Source of the DNA: Catajapyx aquilonaris
Lineage: Eukaryota
DNA: 64,000 nt
NCBI GenBank assembly: GCA_000934665.2
Contig: KZ538311.1
Location: forward strand, 1-64,000
Direction of reading: 5' to 3'
The translations under genes and the position numbers were made by a program. A model generated the notes under the pieces. That model saw only the letters and a program-made list of their open reading frames with translations, searched no databases and was not told where the DNA came from. Below, in pieces: positions 52,001-64,000 of the stretch; position 1 is the stretch's first letter, and each line of letters opens with the position of its first letter.

Positions 52001-52696
52001 TGGGTGGGGTTGTGAGTATAGAGGTGTAACTTATCAAGGCACGGGAGGGTACTAACAGGTCGATAAACAGTGGAGTGGCCGCGGTCTGGGCTGGTGACTA
52101 GGGCCAGTTTGGGGAGTCACCTGTGCAAACCCAGGTGGATTTAAAAAAATATAAAACAAGACCATCATGTTCTCTCCAGCACTGGTGCACAGAAGCTTAT
52201 TCAGGTTAGTGGATTTTAAAAAATAAGAGAAGGGGCGTGTATATGCGTAAGGCACGTGCTGTCTGATATGTGCGTATATGTAAAGGAGAGGTCAAAATAC
52301 TATGCGAGAAAATTCGCGAAACGTATCGATTGTGTCGGTGGCACGCCAAGGGTCAGTGGCGTCTGTTGCGGAAAAAAATGATCGGGTCATGGCGGCAAAG
52401 GGGTCGATCCGGATGAGTGTACCTTGATATGTTAAGCTTTGATGTGTACTCGAAAACAAGTAAACCTGTACATGCTTAAAGCGTTGTGACACTGAGGTCA
52501 TATCCCTCATATAAGCGTTAATTGCTATCATGTGATGGTTGCTGCAATATTACAAGTTACGTAACAGCCCCCCCAATGCCATGTGTGAATGTCCGGAATT
52601 CTGTTTTGACGGCCGTCCGTTTTTTTTATATTATATTAATCTGGAGAGATAGCGCTCATGGATTTTTCCTCTCAAATTGTGGGTGCTCGCAGGGAG

Positions 52697-55600
52697 ATGA
52701 AGAGTAGTGAGATGCCGGAGCCCACAGACGCATCGGAGGCTGAGACCAAGTCGACACATTCCATCGACAGCAAAGGGAGCAGCGAGGCTGGCAAGGAAGG
52801 TGCTGAGGAAGAAGTGGTGACCACTAAGGCGAAAGGCAGCAGCAAGAAGAATGAGTTCCTGGGCAGGACTAGGAGCAAGAAGAAGGAAGGGGTCGGAAGG
52901 AGGTCCAGTGGCAGCAGCGACACAGACAAGAACAACGGAGAGCAGAAGAAGGCTGGTGGCAGAGAAGGATGGAAGCTGACCATCAGGAGGGACAGGAGCA
53001 AGAGCCTGTCCAAGGCTGCAGAGGAAATGGGTGAGTTCATGCTGATGGTTATGAGATGAAAAATGCTAGGCACGTAACTGATGGTCTGAATGCTCACTAT
53101 TTGGAATATGCCACTGCTGGGACAAACACATTTTTGCTAATACTTGGCCGGCGTTTCCACAAAATACCATCAGATTTGTATATGACAGCTTCGAGTAACT
53201 CAGCAAAGTTTAAGGCTTGAATTACCCGCACGTATGGAAATGTATCCGTGGGCATTACCGAAACACGTGTGCTGGGAGGCATCCGTTTGAACAGAACCGA
53301 AGTCGACATAATAGGCGGCGTTTGTGGCCAAGCACGCACATCATTGCATATCCAATATTACCTCTCAAGGTTTGACGACCCAGCAATTTGATGAGGGGGA
53401 CCGCCAAGATCAAGGGGGGGGGGGCACAACACCATTGGCATCCCTTTATCCATCTCCCTCCAGAATGTGACAACCCTGTAAATTGCCATTGGTCACTGCT
53501 GGGTTGGCACTAATGGCTCTTTATCATGGGCGGACAGGCTCCGTGAGGGGGGGTGTTTTAATTGAACCTTGTAATCCCCTTAATGCGAAATTTGTCCAAC
53601 GGATAGTCCTCCACCGACTGATGATTATTTTTTTTGCATGATTAAGCCATCAAAGGAGCACATTTGGGCAACCACGAAAAAAAATTCTGGGCAAATTTAA
53701 GCTGTTTTGGACCAACTTTTCTGCGAAAATTTGGCAACCATGAAAATTTTAGACGATTTTTCTTGGGTATTTGGCTGGTTTGAACTGTTTATGAAGAAGA
53801 AGAAAAAATGGACGATTGCTCCTTGACAAATTTTGGTTGTTTTGGACCCACTTTTAAGCAAAATTTTGACAACCGTGAAAAATTTCTCTTGGGCATTTGG
53901 CTGCTTTGGACTTTTTAGGCAAATCCTGCCAACCGTGAAAAAATTTGGACAATTGCTCATGGGCAAATTTAGGCTGTTTTGGACCAACTTTATGCAAATT
54001 TAGGCAACCGTGGGGCAAATTTAGGCTGTTTTTGAGAGCCAACTCCTTAAACAATTGTGCTTACCGTTCAGAGATGCTGTGTGGACCATGGATGTTGTCC
54101 GTCCCCAAAATCTTTGGTCATCCCCTCCCCCCTCCTTTTTCTCTGTTGGCTACTCCCCCTCCACCCCCTCCGAAAAAAAAGGTCATGTGGCTCGAATCGA
54201 TCGTCTTGGTCGGCGTTTGCGCCATGCTATTTGGGGCCCCCACCCCGACCCTTTCCCCCCCATCCAACCCTTAGTGTATGGCAGAGAGTGTGGGTCCCCA
54301 ATCAATGCAGATGTCTCCACTGCTGCAGGTCCCACCCACACCCACCCACTACGAATATATGACTTCTTTTTTTTTTTTCTTCGGAGGGATACCTGATTTA
54401 AGTGGAGTCAGTTCGAGTAGGGGTGACAAAAAGGTGGGGGGTCACCCCACCCAGCGAGTGGTGACCCGGAGACAATTATTGTAGTGGTGTCATGTATATC
54501 TTCGGGTGGGTGCTGGAGGGTGGTGGGTGACCCCCCCTGCCCTCCGCCGACTGGCAAGCACACTGTCCAGGTGGTTGTTGAAGTGGTTGCGGAGCTGCAA
54601 GGGGCAGCCAGGAGGAAGGGTCAAGAAGGGGTCGGCACCAGGTGACCTCATGCAGACCTTACGGAAGAGGTCAAGTCCGCTCAAGTTGTGTGAGTATGCG
54701 AAGGAAAGAAAAAAAAAGTGGACCAGCTAAGTACGCAGTTTGGATTTTTGAAGTTGAAAGCTACATGGTCCTAATTGTCCTTTTTTTTTGGAGCTTCCTG
54801 CTGCAAGAGGAGGGGGGGAGAGACAATTGAATTGTCAGTTGCAGTTCATTTAGTGCGGGCCACTTTCCGGGTTAGGTTACTTGAAAATTAACTGGGTTAA
54901 ACCTAAAAGTGGTGTACAGACTTTAAGGGGGGGTCACCCTGTATATCAGTCTTGCAACAGAATATTCGGTGGGGGGGCGGCCATTGCGAAAACGTGGGAG
55001 AATATTGACGCGAATGCACACCTCGCATTACAAGGGAAAATTCAATGACTATCGGAGGGGGCTGGTATGACGCGATTTATTTTTTTACGTAATCAAGAGT
55101 TCAAGGAAGTTACGGTTAATGGTTGGTTAGGCAATTTTTTTAAAACCACATTGCATGCAGGAAAATTCGAGTGAATCCGGAGTGGTTTTTTTAAAATTCT
55201 GGGACAATTGCAGTGAATGTGACGTATTAACAAGGGAATGTGTGTTTCTGATAGTTAACAACAAATTGTCTGGAGTCATTAACATCAGATTTTAAAAAAT
55301 ATAAATTTAGGCTGTTTTTTGAAGCATTTATGCAACAGATGTGGCTTTTTTGAGAACTTGAGCTTCATATCGATTCCATTGCAATTTTATCCACAAAAAA
55401 ATGTTTACGTAAATAGTTTTTTTTTTTTTGTAAGGTGACCTTCGCTACATCAGCCGGCGAGAAGCTCTTGCAATTTAATTGAATAAAGAGCTCTGTCGGC
55501 ATCACACGCAGAAAACCTAGAGAAACCTTCTCTCTCCCTTTGGTCCGAAAAACCCAATCGAGGAACTTCCTTGACCTGTGACTTATTATCCCTTCGAGGC

Positions 55601-58600
55601 CAAAGTCCTGAACCAGCTCCGAGCTTGGAAAAAAAAATCCTTAATCTAAACATGCAAATTCACGCGTTTTAATTTGCGTCCTGGCCTTTTGACAAGTGAC
55701 GCATGGTTCATATTAATTTAGGTCTGTTGGTGACATGTAGCATACGGATGAGTAATTTCTATGTGTTCCTAGAACAAGCCCTATTTTTGAGCGGGGTTGT
55801 ACTTGATGGATAAGGACAATTTTTTTCTTCTTCTTCTCTCGACTGATTCGGGTGTCCCTGGCAGTTATCAAGTGTCGGCAGCTGCTAGATGACTATGGCG
55901 TCACGCTTGGGGTCGTCTCGTCAAAAGGTCGTAGGCGGCCAATTATGGACTTCCAAGAAGTGAAAAAATAATCTACTCAGAGTCCCTGAAAGGACACCAA
56001 AAAAAGTGCGAAAGCTATGAAAAGCGGGAGGGATACAAAAGCAAAACTTTTGAGCGAAAGTTGACATAACTTTTCAATAATTGTGCACACCTGGACTGAA
56101 TGCAAAGTGTGTAACATAATTTGTTTCAAAACGAGTCAAGTGTTTGCAATCATTCCAGGTTGTCATTCATTCCATATTTAAATGGCACACTATCTTATCA
56201 GAAGCTGTGTTGGTTTTCAGATAAGGTTATTTAACAGGGCACTTGAAAAATTAGCCGAAGATTTGCGCAGCTCAATAAAAAAAGAAAAGAGTAATAGTAC
56301 TTGGTAGCACGTAGCAGTATCATGTACAGTATGTGGACAGTGCTTTTAATTAATTGGCGATAGTGACTTGAATACTTTGAAGGAAAATTGCTATTTGACG
56401 TTTCAGGATACGAAGGACACCTGTTAAACTTATTCAAGACATTGCGATAGCTCTTATGTATATGACAGTGGAATGTAGTTAGCTGTGCACAAAATTGATG
56501 TGAGGCTGATTAGCATTCATGTAATACTGTGAAGGGACAATGGCAATTTGTGGAAAGAGCCCTTTTAGCATTCCATCCTTGGTACTTTTGCGTAGTTTGC
56601 TTAGAATAATGCATGACTGGCCGACTTATGTTCAAAGTGCACGACAGAGAAAGATTTGAATATGACACACCCTTTTCTCTCTCTGCGCACTGTGAGATAT
56701 ACTCGCCATCCTAAAAATTTTAAGAGAACGTATTCATGTAACTCTGTTTGAAGTACACTATTTTTAATAATACGTCAATGTGGTGTTGGAATAACGTAAC
56801 ATTGCTCTAAAAAAATTCTGGCAAGTTTATGATGTACAGTGCAACTTTAAAGAAGCGCAGCTGCAGGAATAGTCAAATAGAAATGTTCAGGGTGCGTCAG
56901 GAAGAAGCTCGTGCTTTTTATTTCATGTTACTACATACTTTGGGTTCATGATATATCTCTGCTGACCTTTCTTGGGTCACGAGCTGTGGCTATGAGGTTG
57001 TGACATATCGTATCTAATGGAACTTTTCAATTCCAGACAAACATGACCCAGCGCGCTTCCTTGGAGAAGGGGTTAGCTTCAAAGCCAAGCTGATAGGGGT
57101 GCTTGAGGTGAACGAGGCGAGGGGAGACCGGGTGTGCCAGGAAGCACTGGGAGAGCTCAAGATGGCGATCAAGGCGGCTGGAGAACACAAGCAGAGAGTC
57201 ACCATCAACATTGCCATCGATGGGCTCAGGATCAGGGACGAGAAGACGGGGGTCAGTTAAACTTGAGCACTGCCCATGTGTGCAGGGATTCTTTAATTTA
57301 CTTGTGCTCTTGCCTCCACCACGCAGGATTGCCTATACCATCATCCGGTGCACAAGATTTCATTCATAGCACAGGATATGACAGATGCTCGTGCGTTTGG
57401 ATACATCTTCGGCTCCCCTGACACTGGCCATCGGTTCTTTGGCATCAAGACGGAAAAGGCTGCCAGCCAGGTTGTCATTGCCATGAGAGACCTCTTTCAG
57501 GTGACAACTTTTACGCTTCATTTGCACTTGTTAGCTGGACGGACAGCAGTTTAATGTGTCTCCTGCAGATTTACCTGTCATATAGTTGCCCTGAACGTAT
57601 ATTAGTGGCATACAATTTTAACAATAGCTGCAGCCAGAAAATATAGTAACAGAAATGTTTACACTGCAGCAGTAGCAACAGCTATTCACATTCATTAAAG
57701 AGGTGTGATGCAGGTTAAAGTATGCAGGAATTGAGCATTAATATTCAATGAAGCCATATGGAAAGTATAAAGACCACCTGGGGTGGAATGTGACTCTGCA
57801 CTATCAAGGTTCTTCCCTTAGGTTGTGACTAGACTTAACATTTTATCGTGTTGCAGGTGGTGTTTGAACTGAAGAAGAAAGAGATAGAGCGAGCCAAGCA
57901 ACAGCTAGAGCAGCAGCACCACCACATGCGTGCAGTGGCTGAGAAGAATGCAGCAGCTTTAGCGGCTGAGCGTGAAAGGCAGCAGCAGCAGCAAGCAGAA
58001 GAGGCCTCCGCACCTCCTCATCCGATAGACGAACCACCAAAGATGGAGCCAATCAGGGAGGAGCCGAAAGAGAATGGAGACATCCTTGGTGCCGCAAAGC
58101 TCCCTGCGCCAACGTCCTCGAAGCATCATGGTGCCGGAGCGGTTGCCGACCTGCTAGACCTTGAGTTCGAACTGAACAGCCTGCAGCAAGGAATTGATCA
58201 GATGGAGAAGATCACTCCGTCTGATCCGTTTGGCCCCTTGCGTGATCCGTTCTCCCGGGATCCATTCGGAGACTCGTTTGCACCTCCGCCAACTCCTCCA
58301 GCAGCGGTCTCCCTTCCTCCTCCACCACCCGCATCCGCACCAGCCTTCCCTCCAGTGAAGGATCCATTTGACACCAGTCCTTTCTCTCCGCCATCCATGA
58401 TCAACAAGGGGTATGTCAGGGACCCATTCGATGCCTCCAATGGCTTTGGCCCCCAGCGGCAATCGAGTGCATGTGACAGGTATGCCGCCTTCGCTGAACT
58501 CAAGGAAGAGGAGGCTGCGGCACCTTTGGCTGCGGCAGAGTCTGTGTCGGAACAGGCATCCTTCCCAACTGAGTTTAGTGACCCTGAGGTGAGTTACCGT

Positions 58601-61600
58601 TATTCTGTGTATTTGAAACATGTTAAAAATTGCTGTGGCACGAAGGAAGGCCTGCCGACATCTCTGGTCCTAGCCTAACTATGGAGTTTCTGTTTTCTTA
58701 AACGTTATGATGAAAGCACCAGAAAAAATGACCAAGTGAATGTGTTGCAGATTTCCAAGATGGAGGCGAATTCAGTGCCTCCGACGTCTTCCTCCCCCTA
58801 CGATGTGTTCACTGAGCTGGACCCCCTCGGCACAGGGAAGGTGAAGCCATATGTGGACAAGAAGGACTTCTTCCAGGAGCTCAAGAATCCTCCAAAGAAG
58901 GTGCTGAAGGATCTGTTGGAGGAAAAGGGAGTTCGACCAAAGTCGCCTCCTCCAAACGGCGCAGATTACTTTGGGACGCCTGCATTTGTTCCCACCAGCA
59001 ATGGGGCAGAGATGCAGAATGGAAGTGAGAGACGGGACAGCTCAGGGAACGAGTCACGGGGTGGGGATCCATTTGCTAACGTGGACCCCTTTGCGGACAC
59101 TGGGTATCCGCCTGCTGCCGATCCCTTTGGCAGTGTTCCCTTCCGTCCTGCAATGGCCGTTGACTCGGATCCGTTCAACACCAGCTTTGCAGACTTTACA
59201 TTGCTGAGGGAAAAGGAACTGGAACGTTTAGTTGGGCCAAAGGTATTATATGATCAGAAAATCTTTCCAATATTAAATGGAAACCTGATGGATTAAATGT
59301 CAAAATATGAGGACTATAAATAAAGTAGTGGCAACGTGTGCACAAAATATAAACGACATCACCTAACTAGATCTGTACAATTATATCAAAATCTCCTTCC
59401 ATGTCCTGCACCTTTTTCCAAATGTGTGGGCAGTGCCGGATTCCTTCAGCAGAGTGTTTCCTGTCGAAATCAATAAAAGTCCTGTCTAGTGTGCGAAGAC
59501 TCTGCTGCATGTCACAAAAGGCACTAACCCATCTTGCAACAGTCGAGTACATACACTTCCCAAAAGCCACGGTAACAGTCGCTTGCAGTTTTACCTCGTG
59601 CAATCAGAATTATGATCCAAGATCATTGATGTAATTTTGTGGGGCACTGAGACATTGACCTTGAAGACTCCACACAACGTCCTTGTTAGAATGGACTAAC
59701 TTCTAAGCACCGCGATGCAACTGGCGTCTCGACTCATCAACAGTAACATTTGAGTTACTGCATTTCTTGACAGTGCTGCCGCTACTTTATTTACCACCGT
59801 CGTGTGTGCTGTTGTCATTGTTGGTAGAAGAGGGTAGGCATGCTTTGAGAATGTTGGTGAAAGGGAGGAAAAAGGCATGCATTCAGGACCTGTTTTATAA
59901 AAGGCTGCATGCAGGAAAAATCTGTGCTTATGCATAGGTATTCACAATATTAATCCAACGCTATCGGAGATTTCCTCCTAGATTGGAAGTGATGCCACTG
60001 GCCGTTATTAAAGTCACTTGCAATGGTCTGCATGTGTAATCTTCGGAAAATATGACGTGAATAAATTTCATTTCAGGTTTTGCCAGATGCATTTCCTGAC
60101 AGGTCGTCGTCTCCTCCAAGCACAATACCATGGGGTCCTCTCAGAGTGGCTCTACCACCTGAAGAAGCAAGGGAAGATGACGAAGAAGACGAGGCAGCAG
60201 ACGATGCAGACGACGATGACAGTCCTCCTCCGTACACCCCACCTCCAGTCCCGGACAGTCCACCCATACTTCCTCCACCAAAGCCATCTTTATCGTCTTC
60301 ATCAGCAGCTCCAGGAAGGCAACCCAGTCCTATCTGCATAACGAGGCTCAACCTGAGCAAACCAGGTAGCACATCTTCCTCGTCCCGCTTCCAGAAGCAG
60401 ATGAGTCTGGGAGGATCTAACTTGTCAATGGCATCTGGAGCTAAGACTTTGCCACGGAGGCTCAGGCTCGGGGCCAAACAGGTAGCGTTGCTGCGTTTGT
60501 TAAGCACCCGATAGATTTACGCATTTAAATTTCCCTCGCAGGTGAGCATGGATGTTCCGACTGTGCCGCGATTGTCTCCTCCTCCTGGCTTGTCTCGCAC
60601 CAAGGATGAAAGCACACCTCCTACTCCTCCCAGAGTTCCACGCCAGTCCAGACCCTTCCCATCGTGGCAGGATGACTACATGTCTACCAATGGTGAATCC
60701 GCCCCTGAACCTCCACCGAGACCACCAGCAACGATCAAGCCACCGCCCCTCCCTCCAAAACGGCAGCAAGGACCTGCCAAGCCACCAGCGAGACTCCCCG
60801 AGTTACCAACAGATCCGCCAACTTACGACTACATCTCAAAGACTGCTGGTCCGCTACCAGATGACGACAGTCCTCCAATTCCAGTGCCTATGCGCAAGGC
60901 AAGGTTTCCAACTGCGGAGGCTGTTCCTCCAGAACGGCCTGCCAAACCACAGGCAGCACCGGCTGCCCCGTTAGATGTGACGCTCACACAACTTGCCAGC
61001 ATGAGCCTCGGTGAATTAGCAAACACTTTACGTCTGCCATCAGAGCGGTTATCGCAGATGACCATTCAGGAACTAGCAACGAGATTGGCCGAGGTTGGGC
61101 AAATGGAAGATGACAACGATAGTCCCAAAGAGCCTGAGTTTCAAGCTGACTTCGAATCTGGATTTAAGGATCCCGACCCTGATCCAGATCCAGATCCGGA
61201 ACCAGAACCGGAACCGTTTGATAAGTACGCTGTGTTTAGGGAACTGACTTTAGAAGAAGCTGGATGTTTCTCGCTGGGTGAGAAAAAGGCTGACAGTGTT
61301 GAAGAGCCAGCTTCTCCGGTGATGGCCAAAGACGACAGCGCCGTTGAGGAAGAGGAGTTGCTGCCAGCCAAGGCTGAAACCGACAGCTTTGAGCGACCCG
61401 ACGAAGCCGTCGATGAATTCACTCCGGCGGAAAAGGAAACGCCTCCAGAAACAGCAGATTCAACAGACGCAGGTGCCAACTGGGCCACCTTCGACGAGAA
61501 GAAGACCGAGTATAATCCCAGTCCATGGAATGGGAAAGAGGAAACTCCTGCCAAAGGTTAGATTCTCATAACGTCATTGAATAGTGAGAACAAACTAGTG

Positions 61601-63555
61601 TGTAAATGTGCATTTACATGCAAACGATTTGATCAGCGATGTTGCAGCAATGTCATCGGCGAGCCCCATTGACGCATCCTGTATGCACTTTCAGATTACG
61701 CTAGCCTGCCCATGGAACCTGCTAAACCAGCACCATCAGACGTGGATGACGCTGCGAGTGCCACCAGTGAGATGCCAGAAGCTTGGGACAAGGGTGCCAG
61801 GCAGAAGGGCAGCATGCCCACTGCTACCACTTCTGACAACCGTCGCTGGAAGGAGTCTCCGTGGGAAGAAGATCGGCCCTGGGATGAATCCGAGGATCGC
61901 CGGTATCGACACTACGAGGAAGAGGAGGACCGACGCAAGTACTCGCCTCGTGGTGACCGCCACTACTGGCGAGACAACAGGGCTTATCCACCGCCCCCGA
62001 GGAGTGTTGGTGGAAGGGACATGTCGCCTTGGGATGAGGAGGATGGGGAGGACTGGGAAGACAGGAGACGGCGACACTACGGAAGGGAGTCCCCGCCTCC
62101 AATGCGACGACCTCCGCCTCCGACCTGGGAGGAGGAAAGGAGGTGGCGAGATTACAGCTACGACGACGGGCGCAGAAGGTACCGGAGAAGGGATGACTAC
62201 AGGCGGAGAGAACCCTCTTGGGACGAGGGGCGACGCAGGAAGGAATCCTCCTCCTCCTGGGAGGACACTGACCCGTGGCGTGGTGGCACTGCATGGCGGA
62301 GGGACGAAGAGTATGATGACGAGTATCCGCCAGTGTACCAGCGCCGGAGGTATTGCCGGCACAGGTTGTTATCATTTTCATTTGGGCACTGTTTTACACA
62401 TTTCGTTGTGAACCATTCCTACCAACCCTGATCAGGCAACAGCCATTCCATCACTCTCTTCCGCCATTTGTATACTTAAGTGTGGCATACATTTAGCTAC
62501 CTAATGACCTGATTAATTGTTCCTAACCTAATATTTTATCTGTTCGATGAGCACCGATTTGGTTGATAGCACTCATTTTTATTGGTGCGTATTTTTTAAG
62601 GAAGTCTTTCGGTACAGCTCAACAGGTAGCAAGTTTCTATGATGTGAATTGATAATTTTGCGTGCAGTTGTTTAATTTACTTGTGCTGCTTCATTACAGT
62701 GACGAAGAGCCAGCACGGCAGAGTGCTGGGGAGGAAGAATATCGACGACCCCGTGTATCCTCAGCAGACCACCGCAGGTATCGTCGCAAGGACTACGAGG
62801 ACTATGCGACTACCCGATCTGTGGACGGTGGATACAAGTCGGCTGGCCGCTCTCCTCTTGAGGGTTCGTCTGGCGAAGATCCATTCACACCCACGCCAAC
62901 AACAGCGCGTCGGCCAGCTAGTGCTGACGCCAAGCCTGCAACTCAGCGCCAATCACCGTTTGAAGATGACTTCATACCTCCAGATGCACCCGCATCGCGC
63001 CACAACAGTGACCGTGTCCATTCCAGCATGAGTGTGTCAAGTGACGTCAGTGACCACCGATCACCACCTGACGAACGCCGAAAACCCCCTGAGGAACCAC
63101 CGAAGCAGCAATCGCTTGAGGATGTCTTCCTGCCATCTGACGCACCGACCAAGTTTGCTGACTTTGATGGCGCCTTCACCGGAACCAGCAGACCCAACGG
63201 CAAGACCCGGAGGCAGTCACAGTCACCGCAAGAGGACATTGCCAGAGAGCGTCCGAGGCCATCGAGAGTCAAATCATCCGGTTCTGTAATCATGAAGAAG
63301 TCGGAATCAGTGAACATATTCCAGAGGGAGAGCGACCCCTTTGACGACGACTTCTTCAGCTCACCGCTGGCGGAAGAGGATGAGGATGACGTCGAAGAGG
63401 ACGGAGAGGAGGGAGGTGCAGTTGAAGGGGAAGGAGGAGAGTACGAGAGGGCATCAACGTCATCCAGTGGCGGGGTTGGCAGCAGGAGGCATGTGAGAGA
63501 CGGAGGAGATTGGGAGCATGCCTTCCACGCATTCAACTTCCAGAAGGAAAAGTGA
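52697..63555 (+). CDS. Dab: Disabled: PTB-domain endocytic/signalling adaptor
   Basis: Exons 52697-53030 (or alternative 54650-54689), 57037-57251, 57327-57500, 57857-58588, 58751-59242, 60077-60481, 60542-61556, 61695-62364, 62700-63555, all phase-compatible. PTB: RFLGEGVSFKAKLIG...ARGDRVCQ...HKISFIAQDMTDARAFGYI...FFGIKTEKAA...RDLFQVVF. Eleven DPF motifs, clathrin box LLDLE, FxDxF motifs. Confidence 0.95.
53660..54040. repeat. Degenerate minisatellite in a Dab intron
   Basis: Recurring GGCAAATTT(A/T)(A/G)GCTGTTTTGGACC and CAACC(A/G)(C/T)GAAAA modules, about 5 imperfect units. Confidence 0.7.
54650..54689 (+). CDS. Dab: Alternative first coding exon of Dab
   Basis: MQTLRKRSSPLKL plus a phase-1 GTGAGT donor, in frame with the PTB exon at 57037 (…KLYKHDPARF). 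Confidence 0.7.
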
Positions 63556-64000
63556 AGGTACGTTTGATGCAATTACTCAAGCTAATTATCACATTGCCAT
63601 CTGACGCATGTTCTGATATTCTTTCCTTCTTTCGTTTCAGATGCAAGACCACAAGACCCAGTGAAAAAATAATAATTTTACAACTTGCCTCTTTGCCAAG
63701 ACATGAAAAAAGTGGTGCCATATTTCTAAAAAATAATAATAACTAATAATTCAACGGCAAAAAAGTCATGCTGTACAGGTGATATTTGTAAATCTGAGAC
63801 TATTTTGCATTTCATAGGACTTATAATGTTGTATAGCGGACGATGACTAGCGGAAACAGACAAATAATTTGCCGTGACTGAAACAGGCGGCTTGTTTGAT
63901 AAATAACGAGATTTGTGCAAAAAAAAAAGAAGATTTTTTGCTAACGGCTCAGCTTCCAGTTGTACATACATTTTTTTTTCCACCTTCCCTCCTTAACCTG

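Noticed and set aside
53660..54040. CRISPR-like repeat array
   Set aside because: Units are degenerate and irregular with no unique spacers, there are no cas genes, and the context is a eukaryotic intron.

Overview
Eukaryotic, arthropod-type genomic DNA: GT-AG introns, peritrophin-A chitin-binding genes, and a TATA + TCAGTT promoter. I see no prokaryotic features, CRISPR arrays or rRNA. Genes left to right: CPSF3/CPSF73 (minus, 5 exons, runs off the left edge); a divergent Jun-family bZIP gene head-to-head with it; a two-exon mini-gene predicted to encode a secreted stand-alone CLIP domain; TM2D1; two tandem F-box/LRR genes; a giant (>2000 aa) single-ChtBD2 (CPAP1-like) protein with a 5.7-kb exon; a smaller CPAP1-like gene; and Disabled (Dab) with two alternative first coding exons. 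Non-coding DNA holds TA-flanked Tc1/mariner/pogo-type MITEs, an 873-bp foldback element, a tRNA-derived SINE, palindromes and micro/minisatellites. The most unusual items are the protease-less CLIP mini-gene between direct repeats, the giant modular cuticle protein, the Jun with eroded JNK sites, and the long intronic hairpin. Gene models were built by hand from splice signals and frame continuity; family assignments come from recalled motifs, not database searches.
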